Shown here: positions 27,649 to 35,823 of the stretch, one piece after another
How positions within the stretch are numbered: the first letter of the stretch is position 1
Layout: each line of letters opens with the position of its first letter
From: a virus
Taxonomy: Duplodnaviria; Heunggongvirae; Uroviricota; Caudoviricetes
DNA length: 64,000 nucleotides
Strand: one strand, 5' to 3'
IMG/VR virus record: IMGVR_UViG_3300021255_001602
Location: 1 to 64,000 of that record
Notes under the pieces: model-generated
Told to the model about the DNA's origin: nothing
Database searches by the model: none
Seen by the model: the letters and a program-made list of their open reading frames with translations, nothing else
Translations under genes and position numbers: made by a program

Positions 27649-28191
27649 ATGGGACTTTCTAAACATTATGATCAACTCAAAGAACTCCTTGATGATCAGA
27701 TTTGTAAGATTCTGAAAAAAGGTGATATTACTCCTCAGGAACTTGATAGTCTGTATAAAGCGTCTGCTATTATGCTTGACATGGAGACAGAAAAGGCTAT
27801 GAAAGAGTCTGGTGGTAGCGAAGAATATGAAATGAGTCACAGAGGTGATTCTTATAATAACATGGGTGGTAATTCTAATCATTATCCTTGGTTTATGTAT
27901 CATAACAATGATATGAGTCATCAAGGGAATTCTTATAGAATGCCAATGGATCAAATGAGCAATACTTATAACCATGCTTATGATGGTGCTTATGCAGGTG
28001 CGTATGATGCGTCTCAGGATAATGAATATTCTGAACGTAGAGGACGTAGCGCAAGGACTGGACGTTATGTAAGTCGTGATTCTGAAAAAGAACGCATGAT
28101 TGGAAAGCTTGAAGACATGATGGACAATGTTTCATCTGAGAAAGAGCGTAGAGCGCTCCAGCAATGTATAGATAAATTGGAACAACAGTAA
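27649..28191 (+). CDS. hypothetical protein with Tyr/His/Asn/Met-rich low-complexity centre
   Basis: HRGDSYNNMGGNSNHYPWFMYHNNDMSHQGNSYRMPMDQMSNTYNHAYDGAYAGAYD. Confidence 0.45.
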   Translation: MGLSKHYDQLKELLDDQICKILKKGDITPQELDSLYKASAIMLDMETEKAMKESGGSEEYEMSHRGDSYNNMGGNSNHYPWFMYHNNDMSHQGNSYRMPMDQMSNTYNHAYDGAYAGAYDASQDNEYSERRGRSARTGRYVSRDSEKERMIGKLEDMMDNVSSEKERRALQQCIDKLEQQ

Positions 28192-28202
28192 TTATTATTG
28201 AA

Positions 28203-28236
28203 AGGAGTCGGCTTTATGCTGACTCCTTTCTTAATT
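28203..28236 (+). terminator. possible intrinsic terminator (AGGAGTC...GACTCCT hairpin, weak T-tract)
   Basis: 7-bp stem, 11-nt loop, followed by TTCTTAATT. Confidence 0.35.
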
Positions 28237-28252
28237 ATAAAGGAGGATTCTT

Positions 28253-29059
28253 TTGGATTTTTATAAAGGTTATAAAAGAATCGAAGGGGACACTAAGTAT
28301 ATAAATACAATGCTTTCCCCTGAAAATTATAAAAATTGGTGTATTAATGAATATGCCATTATTAAAAATACGGACACTGGGCAGGAATTTGAAATGAGAT
28401 TTACAGGTGACAAGTTTGTAAATCTTAAACTTCCTGACAGCAAATATATAAAAGGGAAAAATGCAGAACAGAGGTGTGCTCTTGATGCATTAAATGATGA
28501 TAAAATTACTGCCGTTGCTTTGCTAGGAACATACGGGTCGGGAAAGACAATGCTTGCTACCGCTATGGCTCTTGACAGTGTTAAAAGAAAAGGTACGCAA
28601 TCAAAAATATTGTGTGTACGTGAAGCTTGGGGAGAAGGACGTGAAATTGGTTTCCTGCCCGGTGATGTCTCAGATAAGATAGGTTTATTTCAACTCCCGT
28701 TTATTCAGCAATTAAATGGAGGAGAGTTTGAATATAAAAGCCTAGTACAGCAAGGGGTAATTGATTCTACTGTTCTTTATTATATGAAAGGTACAACATA
28801 TAATGAAACAGTCATGCTTTGTGATGAAGCAGAGGACTTGACAGAAAAGCAAATTAAATTAGTAGGAACAAGGGTGGGCACAAATAGTAAAATATATTTT
28901 TCAGGGGATTATAAACAGTCATTGTTAGACAGCACTGAGTTTAACCCTTTATTACGCATGTGCGAAAAACTTAAAGGAAATCCACTTTTCGCGTGTGTAT
29001 ATCTGTCAGAAGATGTGCGTAGTGAGACTTCTAAAATGTTTGCTGATTTATTTGATTAA
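28253..29059 (+). CDS. phoH: PhoH-like ATPase
   Basis: TTG start with AAGGAGG RBS; Walker A LLGTYGSGKTMLATAMAL, Walker B-like VMLCDEAED; size and order typical of phage PhoH. Confidence 0.75.
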   Translation: MDFYKGYKRIEGDTKYINTMLSPENYKNWCINEYAIIKNTDTGQEFEMRFTGDKFVNLKLPDSKYIKGKNAEQRCALDALNDDKITAVALLGTYGSGKTMLATAMALDSVKRKGTQSKILCVREAWGEGREIGFLPGDVSDKIGLFQLPFIQQLNGGEFEYKSLVQQGVIDSTVLYYMKGTTYNETVMLCDEAEDLTEKQIKLVGTRVGTNSKIYFSGDYKQSLLDSTEFNPLLRMCEKLKGNPLFACVYLSEDVRSETSKMFADLFD

Positions 29060-29083
29060 AGGAATTAAAAGGAGGAAACGTGT

Positions 29084-29725
29084 ATGGCTGAACTTGCATT
29101 ACTCCCTGAAGTGGGAAATGAATTTTCTTATATTGAAGAAATGGGCGCAGATGTATACGATGAATTAATGAAATTTTATACGGGTAAACGGGTTCTGATC
29201 TTTAATAAAGATATTGATAGTACTATTATTGAATCCTATGCTATTCGTATTTTGAAGTGGAATGAAGAGGATAAGAATATCGCTCCTGATTTAAGGAAGC
29301 CTATTACTATCCTTATTAATAGTTGTGGTGGCGACTTATTTAGTACACTGTTTTTTATTGATATTCTTAAACAATCTAAGACGCCTATTAGAACAGTAGG
29401 TATGGGATTTGTAGCATCGGCTGCTTACTATATCTATATTAACGGGCATGACAGAATTGCATTTGAAAATACAACATTCCTTCAGCATGACGGAACCATC
29501 GATATTGCTGGTTCTAATTCCAAGGTTAAGGATTTCATTGCTTTTAATGACTATACCGAGGAAAGAATCAAGAAAATGATTTTGTCTGTAACCAAAATTG
29601 ATCCAGAGTTCTATGATAAGACTTTTGATAAGGAATATTACTTCTTTGCTGATAAGGGTAAGGACTTGGGTGTTGTAGATAAGATTATTGGGCAGGATGT
29701 TGAACTGACTTATATTTTTGAATGA
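29084..29725 (+). CDS. ClpP-family serine protease
   Basis: ILINSCGGDLFSTL (cf. ClpP INSPGG) and GMGFVASAAYYI (Ser nucleophile in G-x-A-S-A), His/Asp downstream. Confidence 0.7.
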   Translation: MAELALLPEVGNEFSYIEEMGADVYDELMKFYTGKRVLIFNKDIDSTIIESYAIRILKWNEEDKNIAPDLRKPITILINSCGGDLFSTLFFIDILKQSKTPIRTVGMGFVASAAYYIYINGHDRIAFENTTFLQHDGTIDIAGSNSKVKDFIAFNDYTEERIKKMILSVTKIDPEFYDKTFDKEYYFFADKGKDLGVVDKIIGQDVELTYIFE

Positions 29726-29734
29726 GGATAATAT

Positions 29735-30958
29735 ATGGATAAACAATTATTAAATAAATTACCTACTGAATCAGAAGAACAATATATTTGGAGAATTGGG
29801 CATTATATTGGTGACGGGCTGATTGATTCATGGAAAGACGTGGCTGATACAGTAAATGCTCAGTTATATACAGATGAAAGCCAATGGAAAAATAGCGATA
29901 CTTATAGACGTCAAGTTTCTACTGCTAAAAGATATTATGATAATGTATTTAGTGCTATGGTTTCAGATGCTGAATACGATCCTAATATTCAGAAGCAACT
30001 TGAGGAACTTAGACGTGAAAGAATTAAAATACAGACGTTAAATGTTGAGCGCAACAGGATTGATAGAGAACAGGCTCGTAGGGAATTATTCTTTGAACAA
30101 ATTCATAACTTGGCTCAGACTATTCCTGTGCCAGAGTTTGAAGCGGTTCAGGTTAACGATGACAGTGAAGAGGCATACGTTTTGTGTCTTGCAGATATTC
30201 ATGCAGGTGCAAAGTTTACATCTTTAACTAATGAATATTCATTGGATATTATGAAGGATAGATTTGATCTGTTGGTTGTGGATATTGTGAACTTTATTCG
30301 TTCTCATAAGGTTAAAGAATTGACGGTACTTGGTTTGGGTGATTTTGTTCAAGGTCTCATTCATGCTAATGATTTAAAGATTAATGATTCTTCTATGGTG
30401 GTTGCTGTTGTTGAAGTATCTAAGACTGTGGCTGCATTCTTAACAGAATTGTCTAAATATGCTTATATTAAATATTATCATGTAGGCTCTTCTAATCATT
30501 CTCAGCTTAGGGTACTTGGTACAAGACCTAATGAGCTGATGGACGAAGACGTGGAATATATTATCGGGCATTATATTGAAGATTTGTGTGTACCAAATAA
30601 GCGGATTACAGTTAATACCCCTAAAGAGGGGGAATGGTTTACTAAAATTGATGTGACTGGATTCAATGTAATTGCAATGCATGGTCATCAGATTAAGAGT
30701 TTTGAGAATGCGTTAAGTATGTTGTCTGTTAAACAGGATGAGATGGTTGATTACCTTATTATTGGGCATACGCATACCAGTAAAGAAATCAGTGGTTCTG
30801 AAGGATGCTGTCATGATACTGAGGTTTTAGTGTGTCCTAGTTTTGTGGGATGTGATCCTTATGCAGATAGTATTTTTAAAGGTAGTAAACCTGCTGTAAA
30901 GATTTTTGGTTTTCATCATATTTATGGTCATAATGAATCATACAAATTTATATTATAA
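29735..30958 (+). CDS. calcineurin-like metallophosphoesterase (SbcD/Mre11-like nuclease or phosphatase)
   Basis: motifs LADIHAG (D-x-H), GLGDFVQG (GDxxD), SSNHS (GNH[DE]), AMHGH, IIGHTH in canonical order. Confidence 0.65.
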   Translation: MDKQLLNKLPTESEEQYIWRIGHYIGDGLIDSWKDVADTVNAQLYTDESQWKNSDTYRRQVSTAKRYYDNVFSAMVSDAEYDPNIQKQLEELRRERIKIQTLNVERNRIDREQARRELFFEQIHNLAQTIPVPEFEAVQVNDDSEEAYVLCLADIHAGAKFTSLTNEYSLDIMKDRFDLLVVDIVNFIRSHKVKELTVLGLGDFVQGLIHANDLKINDSSMVVAVVEVSKTVAAFLTELSKYAYIKYYHVGSSNHSQLRVLGTRPNELMDEDVEYIIGHYIEDLCVPNKRITVNTPKEGEWFTKIDVTGFNVIAMHGHQIKSFENALSMLSVKQDEMVDYLIIGHTHTSKEISGSEGCCHDTEVLVCPSFVGCDPYADSIFKGSKPAVKIFGFHHIYGHNESYKFIL

Positions 30959-30962
30959 ATAG

Positions 30963-30998
30963 GAAGAGATGCGTGTGAACGTGTCTCTTCTTTATTAT
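30963..30998 (+). terminator. intrinsic terminator (GAAGAGA...TCTCTTC hairpin plus TTTATTATAT)
   Basis: 7-bp stem flanking GC-rich loop, followed by T/A-rich tract, immediately upstream of tRNA. Confidence 0.45.
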
Positions 30999-31000
30999 AT

Positions 31001-31077
31001 CGCGGGATGGAGAAGTTCGGTTTAACTCACTAGCTTCATGGGCTAGAGATTCGGGGGTTCAAATCCCCCTCCCGTTA
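31001..31077 (+). tRNA. tRNA with anticodon CAT (Met / possibly Ile2-lysidine type)
   Basis: cloverleaf: acceptor CGCGGGA/TCCCGTT (pos1 mismatch), anticodon stem CTAGC/GCTAG with loop TTCATGG, T-arm GGGGG-TTCAAAT-CCCCC; boundaries +/-2 nt. Confidence 0.55.
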
Positions 31078-31129
31078 TTTCGTATGTAACTTTTAATGAA
31101 TCAAACAGATAAAAAAGGAAGGTGATTGC

Positions 31130-32227
31130 ATGGCTTATCTTCGTGAGGTTAAGAGCCAAGAAGCTGTAAAAAAAATGAGAGTGGGCGATTTGCGAAACGA
31201 ATATAATGCTCTTGCAGAACGCTATACAAGAATCACGAAATGTGATGATTTGGTGTGTCCTTCTTGTGGACGATTAAAATCTGCAAAGAGAGAAAACTTT
31301 TATGCAGATAGAAATACAATACATGGGTTTTATCCATATTGTAAAGAGTGTGTCTTTAGAGATGCAGAGAATATAGAGAAGCCCACGGATCAGCCTAAAG
31401 AGACTAAATTGTCTGTCCAAAGAGTTTTACGGAAAATGGATAGACCTTTTATTGAAAGTTTATATATCAGTTGTGTTAATGCATATAACAATGAAGAATC
31501 TAATGATTCTGGTAAAGCAAAAATGATGCCATTCCAAAGATATATGACTCAGATAAATAGTTTCCCAGCATATAAAGATAAAACATGGGAGAACTCTGAA
31601 TGGGGTGAAAAGCTTGTTACTAAGCAACCAGATAGGATTGATATAGTCGATGAAGACCAAGAGATAATTAAACGTGGTCGTAAAAGATTTGGCGCTTATT
31701 CTGCTGAAGAACTATATCAACTTGAAAGTGCTTATGAAGACTGGGTGTCCAGATATCCTGCCGAAGCTAAGGCTCAAGAGGTTTTGTTTGAGCAGTTGTG
31801 CATACAAGATATGAGAGCCAGACAATTAGCTAAAGAGGGGTCAGATCCTAAAGATGCTATTAAATCTTGTCAGGATATTATGACAAGTTTAGGAATTAAG
31901 CCTACACAGAATTCTACTGATGCCATGACTGATCAAAAAAGTTTCGGTGAATTAATTAAAGCTTGGGAGATGGAAAGACCAATTCCTGAACCAGAGGGTG
32001 AATGGGCTGATGTGGATAGGATTGGCTTGTTAATTGATGTGTTCTTTAAAGGACACTTGGCTAAAATGCTTAATTTAAAAAATGCTTTTTCTTCTATATA
32101 TGAAAGATTTATTGGTAAATTTACTGTGACACGTCCTGAATATGAAGAGGGCGATGATACAGAAGCTATTTTTGACGAAATTTTCGGAAATAAAATGGCT
32201 CAAGAATTTGAATCGGATGATGAATAA
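31130..32227 (+). CDS. putative DNA-packaging protein (terminase small subunit candidate) with zinc ribbon
   Basis: position immediately upstream of large terminase, ATGA-coupled; CPSCG...CKEC; acidic C-terminus; function positional only. Confidence 0.35.
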   Translation: MAYLREVKSQEAVKKMRVGDLRNEYNALAERYTRITKCDDLVCPSCGRLKSAKRENFYADRNTIHGFYPYCKECVFRDAENIEKPTDQPKETKLSVQRVLRKMDRPFIESLYISCVNAYNNEESNDSGKAKMMPFQRYMTQINSFPAYKDKTWENSEWGEKLVTKQPDRIDIVDEDQEIIKRGRKRFGAYSAEELYQLESAYEDWVSRYPAEAKAQEVLFEQLCIQDMRARQLAKEGSDPKDAIKSCQDIMTSLGIKPTQNSTDAMTDQKSFGELIKAWEMERPIPEPEGEWADVDRIGLLIDVFFKGHLAKMLNLKNAFSSIYERFIGKFTVTRPEYEEGDDTEAIFDEIFGNKMAQEFESDDE

Positions 32228-34005
32228 TGGCTGAATTTATAGAAGAAACTAGAAGTATAGATGAAGTTAAAGAAGAAAAGCATAACAAATTAATGAAAAC
32301 CATTGCTTGGCGTGCTGGATATTATCGAGCAAATCCACAAAGATTTGTAAAGGATGTATTACAATTTAAAACTATTCGGTTGCGATGGTTTCAGGAATTA
32401 TTATTATGGGCAATGATGCATAATAATTACGTCCTCTACTTAGCCGCAAGGGGTCAGGGCAAAACTATGTTAGTTGCACTCGTGGCAACAATATATTGTA
32501 TTTTATATCCCGGTTCTAAAGTTATAATAACAGCACCTGTACTAAAACAGGCCGCTGAATCGTTGTTAAAAATTAGAGATGAATTTTGTCCCCAAAGTAG
32601 CTTTTTAAGAAATGAAATAGCTAAAATCAGTATAGGGCAGAATGATGGTTCAGTATATTTTAAAAATGATAGTTGGATTAAAATAACTACTAGTACAGAC
32701 AATGCACGTTCCGCTCACTGTAATATTATTATAGTAGACGAATATGTTAAAACAGATAAACGTATTATTGATAGTGTTATTCGTGAATTTTTGAAAGCCC
32801 CTCGATCACCGGGCTACCTTAGTAAACCAGAATATTCCCATCTTCAAGAACGTAACAAAGAAATATATATGTCTTCTGCATGGTTAAAATCAAGCTGGGG
32901 TTATGATAAATTTTTAGCGTATTTTAAAAACTTCATTAATCCAAAAAGAAAATATTTTGTTTGTGGTCTTCCTTATCAGATATCTATTCTTGAGGGTTTA
33001 TTAATGAGAGATGAAGTTGAAGACCGTATGTCAGAAGACGATTTTGATGAAGTTGCTTTTCATATGGAAGATGATTGTTTTTGGTATGGTGATAATGAAG
33101 GTGGTGTGTTTAGTTTTGATGAAGCCACCCGACTTAGAGTAAATAAAAAAGGATTACTACCTTTGAAGTTTTACTCTAAAGATAATCCTGTACCATTGGC
33201 TCCTAGAAATGGAGAACGTATATTGTCAGTTGACGTTGCACTTATGGCTTCTACTAAAAAGAAAAAAAATGACGCCGCCGCTATATATATTAATGACGCA
33301 ATTAAAACTACAGATACAAAATATAAAGCCCACTTTATATTTGGTGATACTTTTGAGGGACTTACTACAGATGAATTGGCTTTAATTGTTATGAGATATT
33401 TTTATGAGTATGGTTGTACATATTTAGTACTTGATACCAACGGGAGTGGCTTAGGAGTTTATGATTATATTATAAAAGACCAATATGATCCTGAAACAGG
33501 GAATACTTATAAAGCTTTGACTTGCTGTAATAATGATGAAATGGCACAGCGTTGTAAAGTTCGTGATGCTAAAAAAGTTGTTTATTCTGTTAAAGCGTCA
33601 GCCGATTCTAATAGTGTATATTGTCTCTTACTCCGTAATGCAATTCAGAATGGCAATGTTGATTTCTTAGTATCTGAGAATGATGCGGAAATATATCTTT
33701 CTAAAGAGTTTAAAGGCTATAAGAAATTAACCGTATATGAAAAGGGTGAATTGCTTAAATCATATGCAGAAACATCTGCTGCTATTTTTGAGTTGGTAAA
33801 ATTAAAAGGCTATTATAAAGATGGCAAACTTAAAGTGTATGAGACTAAAGGTAATCGAAAAGACCGTTACTCTTCTCTGTCATATAATTACTGGTGTATG
33901 AAACAATTAGAATTGCAATTAAAACCTAATATGTCTGATGTGGAACAGCTTGTATATAGTCTTCCTATTAGAAGAGGACGTACAAGAAATAATAGAGTTA
34001 TTTGA
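32227..34005 (+). CDS. terL: terminase large subunit
   Basis: Walker A LAARGQGKTML, Walker B IIIVDEY, C-terminal RNaseH-like nuclease region; 592 aa. Confidence 0.8.
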   Translation: MAEFIEETRSIDEVKEEKHNKLMKTIAWRAGYYRANPQRFVKDVLQFKTIRLRWFQELLLWAMMHNNYVLYLAARGQGKTMLVALVATIYCILYPGSKVIITAPVLKQAAESLLKIRDEFCPQSSFLRNEIAKISIGQNDGSVYFKNDSWIKITTSTDNARSAHCNIIIVDEYVKTDKRIIDSVIREFLKAPRSPGYLSKPEYSHLQERNKEIYMSSAWLKSSWGYDKFLAYFKNFINPKRKYFVCGLPYQISILEGLLMRDEVEDRMSEDDFDEVAFHMEDDCFWYGDNEGGVFSFDEATRLRVNKKGLLPLKFYSKDNPVPLAPRNGERILSVDVALMASTKKKKNDAAAIYINDAIKTTDTKYKAHFIFGDTFEGLTTDELALIVMRYFYEYGCTYLVLDTNGSGLGVYDYIIKDQYDPETGNTYKALTCCNNDEMAQRCKVRDAKKVVYSVKASADSNSVYCLLLRNAIQNGNVDFLVSENDAEIYLSKEFKGYKKLTVYEKGELLKSYAETSAAIFELVKLKGYYKDGKLKVYETKGNRKDRYSSLSYNYWCMKQLELQLKPNMSDVEQLVYSLPIRRGRTRNNRVI

Positions 34006-34015
34006 GGAGGTGCAT

Positions 34016-35608
34016 ATGGCACGTAAAAGAAGAAAAAATCGCAATGTGTCGAGCACAGCCCAGACACGAGAGTCAATTAATACTCAGCATGGAGTAAAGA
34101 CAGTTTCAGAATTACAGTCTTTTTATAATGATAATTATAACAAGATAAAGAATTTCGAAGCTGCTGAGAATTCATTTAAACAAATTACAGATGTGACTAA
34201 GAATACCAGAAAAGCAATTCCTACGTTTAATAAGGAAAAACTTCTTACTTATTTAAAGAATATCAGTAATAATGAAAAGAACCTCAGGAATCTTTCTTGG
34301 TATCTTTATTATAGGTCACAGATGTATAAGAAACTTATTAATTATAATGCGACTATGTTTGAATTGGATGCAAGGCGCATTATACCAAATTATGATGTAA
34401 CTGCTAATACACAAAATGATAAGAAGATATTAAAAGAATATGCTGAAACAGCTAAATTTATTGATAGCCTTGATCTTCAACAGAAATTCTTAATGATATA
34501 TCTTATCTGTTTTCTTCAAGATGTGTTTTATGGCTGCGCATATTATGACGATAATGGCCTGTTTATTCTTCCACTTGATCCTGATTATTGTAGGATTGCG
34601 GGTAGATTTGCAAGTGGTGATTTCGCCTTTGCTATGGACATGTCATATTTTACAGGAACTTATAATTATTTATTAGAGTATTGGGGTGAACCTTTTGAAA
34701 GTATGTATCGTCAGTATGAATCTGGTGGTGATGATTTTAGATGGCAGATATTTCCAGAAGAATATACTGTATGTTTAAAATTAAATACTGAAGACTGGAG
34801 AGTTATTGTCCCATATTATTCTGGTTTATTTGCAGAATTAATTAATCTGGAAGATGTTAAAGATTTTCAAGCTATTGCAGATGAACAGGATATTTATAAG
34901 TTAATCTGGTTAGAGATGGAAACTATCTCTGGCAGTAAAAATATAGACGACTGGAAAGTTGATCCTGAGATTATTATTCAATACTTTAATAGAATGTGTG
35001 AAGAGGCATTACCTGATTATACTTCTGCTGCTATTGTGCCCGGAAAATTAAATACCATTGGATTTAGTGATAATGATGCTACGACTAATAGCAATAAAGT
35101 TACTAAAGCTACAGAAAATGTACTTAATTCTGGTATGGGTGGACAAGTACTGAATAGTATATCTATTACAGGTACAACTGGTCTGAAACTGGCAATGAAG
35201 GTTGATACAGAATTGGCAATCAGTTCTTTACTTGGACAGACTCAGGGATGGGTTAATAGATATGCAACTTATAATCTGAGTACACCTTGTAAAGTAGTGT
35301 TCTTCCCTATTAGTGCTTATACAAAAGAGGACTTTAGGAAAGAATTACTGGAGAATGGTACTTATGGTCTTCCTGTAAAACTTGCACTTAATGCGCTCAA
35401 TGGCATTAGTGAATATGAGTCATTAGCTACTAATTATCTTGAAGAAAATATTCTTGGTCTGTCTGAAAAGTTTAATAGTCCTCTTGCATCTAGTCATACG
35501 TCCTCTGGTAATAGTGATGGTGAGGTTGGTAGACCAGAGTCTGACGACTCAGATTTGAGCAATGACGGGGAAATTTCAAGAGAAAAAAGAGACAGATCAA
35601 ACGAATAA
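34016..35608 (+). CDS. portal protein
   Basis: ~530 aa directly after terL; RBS GAGGAGG; N-terminal basic segment (MARKRRKNRN), acidic Ser-rich C-terminus typical of portals; positional plus compositional. Confidence 0.6.
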   Translation: MARKRRKNRNVSSTAQTRESINTQHGVKTVSELQSFYNDNYNKIKNFEAAENSFKQITDVTKNTRKAIPTFNKEKLLTYLKNISNNEKNLRNLSWYLYYRSQMYKKLINYNATMFELDARRIIPNYDVTANTQNDKKILKEYAETAKFIDSLDLQQKFLMIYLICFLQDVFYGCAYYDDNGLFILPLDPDYCRIAGRFASGDFAFAMDMSYFTGTYNYLLEYWGEPFESMYRQYESGGDDFRWQIFPEEYTVCLKLNTEDWRVIVPYYSGLFAELINLEDVKDFQAIADEQDIYKLIWLEMETISGSKNIDDWKVDPEIIIQYFNRMCEEALPDYTSAAIVPGKLNTIGFSDNDATTNSNKVTKATENVLNSGMGGQVLNSISITGTTGLKLAMKVDTELAISSLLGQTQGWVNRYATYNLSTPCKVVFFPISAYTKEDFRKELLENGTYGLPVKLALNALNGISEYESLATNYLEENILGLSEKFNSPLASSHTSSGNSDGEVGRPESDDSDLSNDGEISREKRDRSNE

Positions 35609-35623
35609 AAGGAGGTTTCAAAA

Positions 35624-35812
35624 ATGGAAAAAATGCCGTTTATTAAAACCTCTGATGAAGAGGTGGCTGAGTTATTTAGACAAGCTGGTTATCCTGAAAT
35701 GGAGAAAGAGGGAAGCCAGTTTGTATTTGTTAATATAGGTCGTTTTGAAAATGGGGAGTTCAGTACTGTCCCTGTAGATAAATGCACCTTCTCAAGAACG
35801 GTATGTCTGTAA
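35624..35812 (+). CDS. hypothetical small protein
   Basis: 62-aa ORF with RBS AAGGAGG between portal and scaffold genes. Confidence 0.25.
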   Translation: MEKMPFIKTSDEEVAELFRQAGYPEMEKEGSQFVFVNIGRFENGEFSTVPVDKCTFSRTVCL

Positions 35813-35823
35813 GGGGGTGTGTT

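Noticed and set aside
32227-35608. Inteins or additional introns in terminase large subunit or portal
   Set aside because: Both ORFs are continuous, of normal length (592 and ~530 aa), with motifs in expected order. There are no intervening non-coding gaps.
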